Source of the DNA: Schizosaccharomyces osmophilus
Taxonomy: Eukaryota
Direction of reading: 5' to 3'
DNA length: 64,000 bases
Assembly (NCBI RefSeq): GCF_027921745.1
Contig: NC_079239.1
Location: 1,612,001 to 1,676,000 of the forward strand
Part shown: piece by piece, positions 57,617-64,000 of the stretch
Layout of the letters: each line of letters begins with the position of its first letter
How positions within the stretch are numbered: position 1 is the stretch's first letter
Translations under genes and position numbers: made by a program
Notes under the pieces: model-generated
What the model was told of the DNA's origin: nothing
Database searches by the model: none
What the model saw: the letters and a program-made list of their open reading frames with translations, nothing else

Positions 57617-58573
57617 TTACATAATAAGGCATTTCGTTTTTTTCTTGTGAGGAACAGGAGGATCTAGAGCTGCCACAATAGCTTCATCAAACACGTTTTT
57701 CAACCCTCTTTGTGTTAAAGCAGAGCATTCAACGTATTTAACAGCACCTAATTCACGAGCCAAACGCTCACCTTGCTCATGAGTGAGTGTGTGTTTATGT
57801 TGACGAGCCAACTTTTGCTGGACAGATGGGTCATCACGCAAATCAATTTGAGTACCGACAATCAAGCAGGGAACACCGGGGCAATGATGATGTACTTCGG
57901 GAAACCACTTTTCTTTGACGTTTTCAAAACTGGCAGGAGATGTGACACTAAAGCAAACCAAGAAAACATCAGTTTGAGGATACGACAAAGGACGCAAGCG
58001 ATCGTAATCCTCTTGACCAGCTGTATCAAATAAGCCAAGAGTATAAGGTTCATCGCCAATCATGACAGTAACAGCATACTAGTACAGGGTTAATTTCTTG
58101 CACTTATATTCAGCATTATTATGAACCCGAAAAGACAGATGGCTATTCATCTCTTTCATTCGAAGCACTTTCCAGCCAAACGTAAATTGTCTCGACGGGT
58201 GGCTGAACAGATTCCAAAATGAACGAGCATGCATCCCATCAAGTGCGTTTTGTCGTAGATTCATCCTTTTTTACATACATTATCAAAGACTGTAGGAACA
58301 TAGTCACTTGGGAATTTGTTTGTCGTGTAAGAAATCAGCAAGCAGGTCTATGATGTACGTCAGCAAACGAATGTCTCATTTCCAATTCAGAGCCTATTAG
58401 AAGAACTGTATAAGGGTTTGTTTGCTTGAAAAGAGCTCAAACTCCTATTTCACTCAATTCAACCCTTAAAAACCTTCAAATTTCTTTCAAGACCGGGCTC
58501 TACACACGCGTTACGAATTACATACCTTACCAACAGCACCGTCACCGACAACAACGCACTTAATAGTTGGCAT
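57617..58573 (-). CDS. cdc42: Rho-family GTPase Cdc42; introns 58348-58525 and 58079-58278
   Basis: [47 protein letters not shown]...[21 protein letters not shown] box CLIM. Confidence 0.97.
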
Positions 58574-59452
58574 GTTGCTTGTTATTGATCCCTAATTTCC
58601 TTTGGAAAAGCAAATTCTAATGAATATGGTAACCTTTAGTCCCTTTGCAGACACGGTGTTGGTTGTAGGTAAGAATTAAGGCCAATATGACGGTCATATC
58701 GAGCCATTAGCGATGTCAAGGAGTGCTGGTATACACAATAGTGATACGTAACGCACAATAAAAAAAATTGTTAAAAAGTCATGAAAAAGTTCTTTCGTGA
58801 CTACTGTATCGTAGCTATCCGGTTAATGCAAGTTAAAATATCAAGCGAACGTTTTTCGCATGAATGACACTTTTTATTTACAAGATGAAGATGAAATGAA
58901 AGCAATTCCTAAAACGCTCATACTTTTCAAGCTCTAAAACCCTTCATAATACAACAATATAGTCAGATACAGTAATCTTGTTTTAGACGCAACCGTCTCT
59001 TCTGTCATATATAAATCTCCATTGGGTTTGTTTAGAGTACGAGTAGGCAGTAAATTGAATCTTAGAGCCTTGCTATCTTTGGTTCCAATAAAGTTGTCGT
59101 ATTTCATGGTAAACTAGGAAAAGCAGACACCAAGGCTTTAAGATACTTAATGAACAATAAAAACCAGCTATGTGCTACAGAAACCAAATATGTAAATGAC
59201 GGAAAACTTATATTCTATAAAAAAAAGACAATGTTGCTTCTTGAAAGCTTCATCGACGTAAAACCCATTATTAAAGAAAGACAACCCATAATGAACAATC
59301 CATTTTGTAATTTTTTATGAATCAAAGGGAGAAGCAATGCCAAGGTAAAAGCATGCTTGTTCCATTCATAAAGTACAAAAGATATATAGCACATATAACG
59401 AATAAATATTTATCAAATTGTAAGCTGGTTAAACCAACGTAAAACAGATTTT

Positions 59453-62400
59453 CTATTCCTCTTCCCCAAATTCAGAAGAGGCTTCAGAATTTTCTGACTT
59501 TTCAGACTCTGCTTCTGTATAATTCACCTGCTTTGAAGATACTCTAGTACTCGCTCTACGAGGCAGATGAGCTTGTTCTTCATTTTTTCTCTCTTGTTTT
59601 TTCGGTTTTGGTTGTCTTGTTCCGAAGCGCTTCCTCTTTAATTTTTCATGATTCCCGTTTCTTGTCGCGTTTGATTTGGTAAGTAACCTTGCAGTACTAC
59701 CAATCGTGGAAGATCGTACCATGTGTTCGATGGCGGATTCTATTTCAGGTGTAAGGAAATTCTTCGAAAAGAACTTCTGCTTTTCTTCAGAAGTATCAAA
59801 TGGCTTAAATATTATAGATGGAAGTCTCACTTGTTTTGGATAAGTAGTCAAACTCCATCCCATGCTCTGCGCCTTAGTTTGGATAACTTTTTGTGCGATA
59901 TCACTCAGCATATAGACGTACTTTCGTTCAGGCTCAACAGCATCGTAGTTTTGCTTTATCCGTTGCACGAGATGGAAGATAATAGGAATATTATCACTTG
60001 AAGCCACATTTTCAACATAAAATTGTATATACTTCACAAAGTCAAAGACATTCTCATTGTCAGACAATGAAATATCTGGATGGTGCGACAGCAAGTGAAG
60101 CAAATAAGTTATAACATATTCCATAGTATAATTGTGCATTTTACGAAAATGAATGACTTGTGAACATATCCACAAAGACATTTTCGTTATTATCTCTTCT
60201 TCGGGATCATGAACAACAAGAAATATAATTGCGTAAAACTGCATAGGAAGCTTTCGATATTGCAACTTTTTTTGTAAATTTTGTATAAAGGCATTTCGGA
60301 CATCAAAAAAAGGGTCTTGGCATAATAATGAAGTTCGTAAATAGGTATTAAAGTCTAAATATTCAGCATAAGTTGGTATAGCGGCTAATTTTAGTAACGA
60401 TTTCCCTGCTATCAATCGTAGGTGAGCTTTACCCAATCTGGAAGTATTTTTATGAGGACTGATCTCACCTTCCGTTAACAGGATCACATTTAGTAACTTT
60501 AGTACAGGTGCGGCTATCTCCAATGCTTCCGGGGAATGATATCCAGCTCGTAAACGATTAACCAGGACTTTAACTGCAAGTACTTTGCAACGATACAGGT
60601 GATCCAAAGATTGAAAGTCGCACCATTCTTCAGTTTCATTTTGGTCTTCGTTCGCTTCTGGAACCATCTGAATTATTTCCTTAACCAAACACTCAGTAAT
60701 AAAATCAGCATGCTTTTCAACAGCATCTAACCGATATAAAACTAGTTGCGCTAAGGTCGATAGACGGACCGATAAAGAACTATCGTAATGTAAACCATCA
60801 ATAATTTCTGATACGAAGGAATCCAGATCGAAGAAATTACCAGCAAACGCCAACACGGTAGCTGCCTGCTTCGCCTGACCATCCGTTCCCTGAAAGCAAA
60901 GACTTTTTAGAATACCGATTACTTCAGGGCTCACGGAAAAATTTATCTTTTTCTTAGCGAAATGTGACAGAGTCTTTAAAACTTTGACATCTGCTTTTAG
61001 ACTAAATGATAAGATCATACTTTCCATGCTTGAAAACAATTCTTCGTAGATCTCAGGATGAATCAATGGTAACTGTTGAAGTAAAAGCTCAGCAGATTTT
61101 GCATATTGGAGGTTATTTTGCAAACTTCCAATTTTGTTGACCAACTCTATTACTATTGTTTTGTTAAAGACAAATAATGCACAGCGATAAACCAACAATC
61201 GAAAACATTCAAAATGCTGGGTGCTCATACTGGCCGACACTCTTTTAAATAAGTGCTTAACATTCTTTAGAACTGTCTGATAATCATTTTTAGGTGAAAA
61301 TGTCTCCATTAACATTTTATATGCCTGTCGGTCATTTGTGTCTGCAAATTTTTGCAGGGATGACTCATTCAAAGAAGGATTGACAGTCTTCAAAGATATA
61401 GCTCCTATTACCTTTTTTAGTCTGGATGTCATTTCTTCTTCATTTTCATCCATGACTCCGCCATTATAATTTTTGCAGCATTCAATAAAATACTTACAGT
61501 AACCAGAAAACCTAAGTTGTCTTTGCTGTAACATGAAGAAAACGCGCAACGCTTTTTCTGAGAAATGATTCATGGCTACTAAAAGTCTGTTTACGCGAGT
61601 ATCTGTATCCGAGTTTAATTGCTGGAGTACAAGCTCATTCATCGCAAGGTCAACAGTGGTGTTCGTAGCTTCGTCATTTATATAGAAAACTTCTAGTAAA
61701 GAAGAAGGTATCCAACTGAAAAGTTGGATACTAACCTCTTCACCTGCTTCAAGCCCAGGAAATGCAATATGATAGATTTTACTTAACGTTTGTATAGCTT
61801 GAATTCGAACTGACAACTTTTTATCACGAAGCCGATCCCCCATTAATTTCAAGATCTCCACAGGAACGTGCGTTTTTATAATGTCTAGGGACACATGACC
61901 AATAGCTTGTAAGGCGGCTATACGGACTTTTTCATCAGTGTCCGCGAGCTTTCCTTGATAAAGTTGAATAATATAGTTAGTTACGTCTGAAGATGCCAAA
62001 GGGTTCCTCAATACATCCATGAGCTTTTCCACGCAGTCCACGCGGCATGCTGTGACCTTATCATTGAGACGACCGCAAAAGGCGGCCCAAACCTTTGGAT
62101 AGTCCGACCAAAGAGAGTGATTAGGAAGCATGAGTCGGACTGTTTGAATAGCGACACGCCGTACGCTAGTTTGCTCAGCTTGAAGTTCGTTCTCGAATTG
62201 AGGAACAATATTGAGTAACGTTAAGGGCGCATATTCCCAGAGTTGAATTACGAGATTATGGGCGAAAATGAACTCTGGATTTGTTTTTTCGTCCGAAACG
62301 GAATCTTTAGTATCAAAGACGATATCGGAAAAATATTGACAGACATATCGTTGCAGGCGATCAGAAGAATCGCGAAAAATATTTCTAGCCAGCTGAAAAG

Positions 62401-63049
62401 CTGGTCCATGGTTTTGGGAGTCTGGAGAACCTATGTATTCCCTTACCCCGTGACCTGAAATTAACTGAGCAAAAAGAATGTTCATAGCGACCTGAGGTAC
62501 ACTATTAATTTCGTTGATCAATTGGTGAATGATGTCGAGCATATAAAACTCTACGTTTTTGTTGGTGCCTTTTCTGGAGATGTCAAAAAAAAGACGAAAT
62601 ATGGTAACCAGAAAGGACTCTGCATTCGGTAAGTCAACCATGAGTACCGCAGACTTCACGTTTGACAGACTCTCAAGTATACGATAAACTTGTAAGTAGT
62701 ATGTAGATTCAGAATTTTCGAGTCCACTCAAAAGCTTCAGTATTACTTGGAATATCTCTTCCAATTGAGATAATGTATATGGAGCATCGGGGGCACATAG
62801 TCGAAGAAGTTCCACGATACAACAACCAACAAAAGAACGAATACCTTTATCTCTATGGTGTAGGAGGTTCTGGTTGACTAACGATGAGGCTACTGGCAAT
62901 AAAGAATCGCGATCTGTAGTTTCCTGTTCCATATCCGACAATTCATCCAGTAAACTCCTCAATCTTTTAACCAATTCAGTAGTAGGAATCGGTTTATCAT
63001 GACTTGGAACAATTACTTGCTTAAATTTCAGTTTCGACATTGCGATCAT
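59453..63049 (-). CDS. pds5: Cohesin-associated HEAT-repeat protein Pds5 (start 63049 or 63040)
   Basis: LLRLCAPDAPY, ESLSNVKS, RLRDKK, LLHLLSHHPD, LSDIAQ; basic/acidic tail. Confidence 0.92.
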   Translation of the reverse strand: MIAMSKLKFKQVIVPSHDKPIPTTELVKRLRSLLDELSDMEQETTDRDSLLPVASSLVNQNLLHHRDKGIRSFVGCCIVELLRLCAPDAPYTLSQLEEIFQVILKLLSGLENSESTYYLQVYRILESLSNVKSAVLMVDLPNAESFLVTIFRLFFDISRKGTNKNVEFYMLDIIHQLINEINSVPQVAMNILFAQLISGHGVREYIGSPDSQNHGPAFQLARNIFRDSSDRLQRYVCQYFSDIVFDTKDSVSDEKTNPEFIFAHNLVIQLWEYAPLTLLNIVPQFENELQAEQTSVRRVAIQTVRLMLPNHSLWSDYPKVWAAFCGRLNDKVTACRVDCVEKLMDVLRNPLASSDVTNYIIQLYQGKLADTDEKVRIAALQAIGHVSLDIIKTHVPVEILKLMGDRLRDKKLSVRIQAIQTLSKIYHIAFPGLEAGEEVSIQLFSWIPSSLLEVFYINDEATNTTVDLAMNELVLQQLNSDTDTRVNRLLVAMNHFSEKALRVFFMLQQRQLRFSGYCKYFIECCKNYNGGVMDENEEEMTSRLKKVIGAISLKTVNPSLNESSLQKFADTNDRQAYKMLMETFSPKNDYQTVLKNVKHLFKRVSASMSTQHFECFRLLVYRCALFVFNKTIVIELVNKIGSLQNNLQYAKSAELLLQQLPLIHPEIYEELFSSMESMILSFSLKADVKVLKTLSHFAKKKINFSVSPEVIGILKSLCFQGTDGQAKQAATVLAFAGNFFDLDSFVSEIIDGLHYDSSLSVRLSTLAQLVLYRLDAVEKHADFITECLVKEIIQMVPEANEDQNETEEWCDFQSLDHLYRCKVLAVKVLVNRLRAGYHSPEALEIAAPVLKLLNVILLTEGEISPHKNTSRLGKAHLRLIAGKSLLKLAAIPTYAEYLDFNTYLRTSLLCQDPFFDVRNAFIQNLQKKLQYRKLPMQFYAIIFLVVHDPEEEIITKMSLWICSQVIHFRKMHNYTMEYVITYLLHLLSHHPDISLSDNENVFDFVKYIQFYVENVASSDNIPIIFHLVQRIKQNYDAVEPERKYVYMLSDIAQKVIQTKAQSMGWSLTTYPKQVRLPSIIFKPFDTSEEKQKFFSKNFLTPEIESAIEHMVRSSTIGSTARLLTKSNATRNGNHEKLKRKRFGTRQPKPKKQERKNEEQAHLPRRASTRVSSKQVNYTEAESEKSENSEASSEFGEEE

Positions 63050-63198
63050 TGAAAATACTATCGATAGATAAAACGAATGTCCGTAAAGGTTTAGTATATC
63101 AAAGCATTTGTAAATAAAATAAATACAACTATATTAACTTCTGGGTGTTCAATGTTCCAGAAAGTTTGACAAATTAGAAAAAAAAGTACTGTGTTTGT

Positions 63199-63210
63199 GC
63201 GACGCGTCGC
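63199..63210. promoter_or_regulatory. Palindromic double MCB (GCGACGCGTCGC) upstream of pds5
   Basis: About 150 bp upstream of pds5; same core as the tos4 element. Confidence 0.7.
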
Positions 63211-63713
63211 GTTCTGAACAACTTTTCAGTAAATCGTCACCCGCAGTGCAGTCTCTTTGTACATGTGAAGTAACGAAGTAAACAAAGAGTCTTGCACCAA
63301 AAGGAAAGGAAGAAGTAGGCCTTTCTTGCTTTCAAACAAAAGTTACTCATAATAAAGTGTACCCATTATAACCATTAAAAAGTTCGAAAAAAAAAAATTC
63401 CATTTAGGTGAAACATGCAAGTCGCACTACAAGATTATACAAACTTTGCTCATAAAAAAACTTTTGGTTGTATTGAAGTAATAATTTATTTGTTCAAACT
63501 AAAGTCCGGTCGCCGATTAATTAATTAAATAAAGATAAAAATGCAGCAATTAAACGGATTGAATAGGAAAAGGACAGAACGTTTTAGTTCTAAAATAAAT
63601 AAAGTATGTTTTGTTTTAGAAAAGAAATAAGAAGAATAGAAATGCACCATAAATGATTGCCTTTTTATGTACAGGATAAACAAAGAACTTTCGAGTTCAT
63701 AAGGGACACAATA

Positions 63714-64000
63714 TTATGCAAAAGTATAATGTCTTTTATGTCCCTTCTCAAACCGATGAAGGTTCTTCAAAGTTGAAGCGTCAGATGTACTTACGAGTGG
63801 GGTTATTGTCTCCAAAATTAAACCAGAATCTTTGCCTCTTCTTTTAAGCGAAAGATAATTTTTGAGAAAGGAAAAATCCTTTCCTAAATAGTTTTTCTTG
63901 GGCTTACATAACAAGTTTTTTAACGAATTGGTAGCCTCACTTCTGCGCCTTGTTTCACAACTTGTCGTTACCAAAGATGTAACTTTCATTTCAATGGGCG
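63714..64000 (-). CDS. 3' end of a gene entering from the right edge (possibly the Ppk1 kinase, by synteny only)
   Basis: Frame is open from the window edge (PIEMKVTSL...) to a stop at 63714. No diagnostic domain is visible. Confidence 0.45.
   Translation of the reverse strand, partial: PIEMKVTSLVTTSCETRRRSEATNSLKNLLCKPKKNYLGKDFSFLKNYLSLKRRGKDSGLILETITPLVSTSDASTLKNLHRFEKGHKRHYTFA

Noticed and set aside
58079..58278. Intronic snoRNA in the long cdc42 intron
   Set aside because: A short stem (CAGCCA/TGGCTG) and a CTGA exist, but there is no convincing C box or H/ACA layout. An Rfam search would be needed.
1..64000. tRNA, 5S rRNA, wtf drivers, CRISPR arrays, additional solo LTRs
   Set aside because: None recognised by eye. 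tRNAscan-SE, Rfam and a BLAST with the LTR would be needed to exclude degenerate copies.

Overview
Eukaryotic, AT-rich, gene-dense fission-yeast DNA with short GT-AG introns and CTAAC branch points. The proteins resemble, but differ from, Schizosaccharomyces pombe orthologues, so a non-pombe Schizosaccharomyces (octosporus/cryophilus/osmophilus group) is likely; the species cannot be fixed from this window. About 25 host genes are present: pst1 3' end, izh2, dnm1, rpl30, win1, gid4, ppk13, snt2, hsr1, orc3, sdd3, mug151, mdm31, ste24, arginase, DUF1640 protein, avt3, phytochelatin synthase, TMEM14, oma1, bos1, tos4, pss1, cdc42, pds5 and a partial gene at the right edge. The main accessory element is an intact, very recent Ty3/gypsy chromovirus-type LTR retrotransposon (40590-45687, minus strand). 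It has two apparently identical 395-bp LTRs and a 5-bp AATAA target-site duplication. Gag and pol are in one frame separated only by a UGA-CUA leaky-stop context. The PBS is not tRNA-type but matches the element's own predicted 5' end (self-priming), and a hairpin across the U3/R boundary could mask the 3' copy of that primer. The element sits in the divergent avt3/phytochelatin-synthase promoter. Other observations: an apparent orc3-pcs2 inversion relative to S. pombe, a repeat- and hairpin-rich hsr1 upstream region, a NAGNAG acceptor in rpl30, a stop-free in-frame intron in a kinase G-loop, and MCB and Homol D/E promoter elements. Gene names rest on recalled protein similarity and S. pombe gene order, not on a database search.
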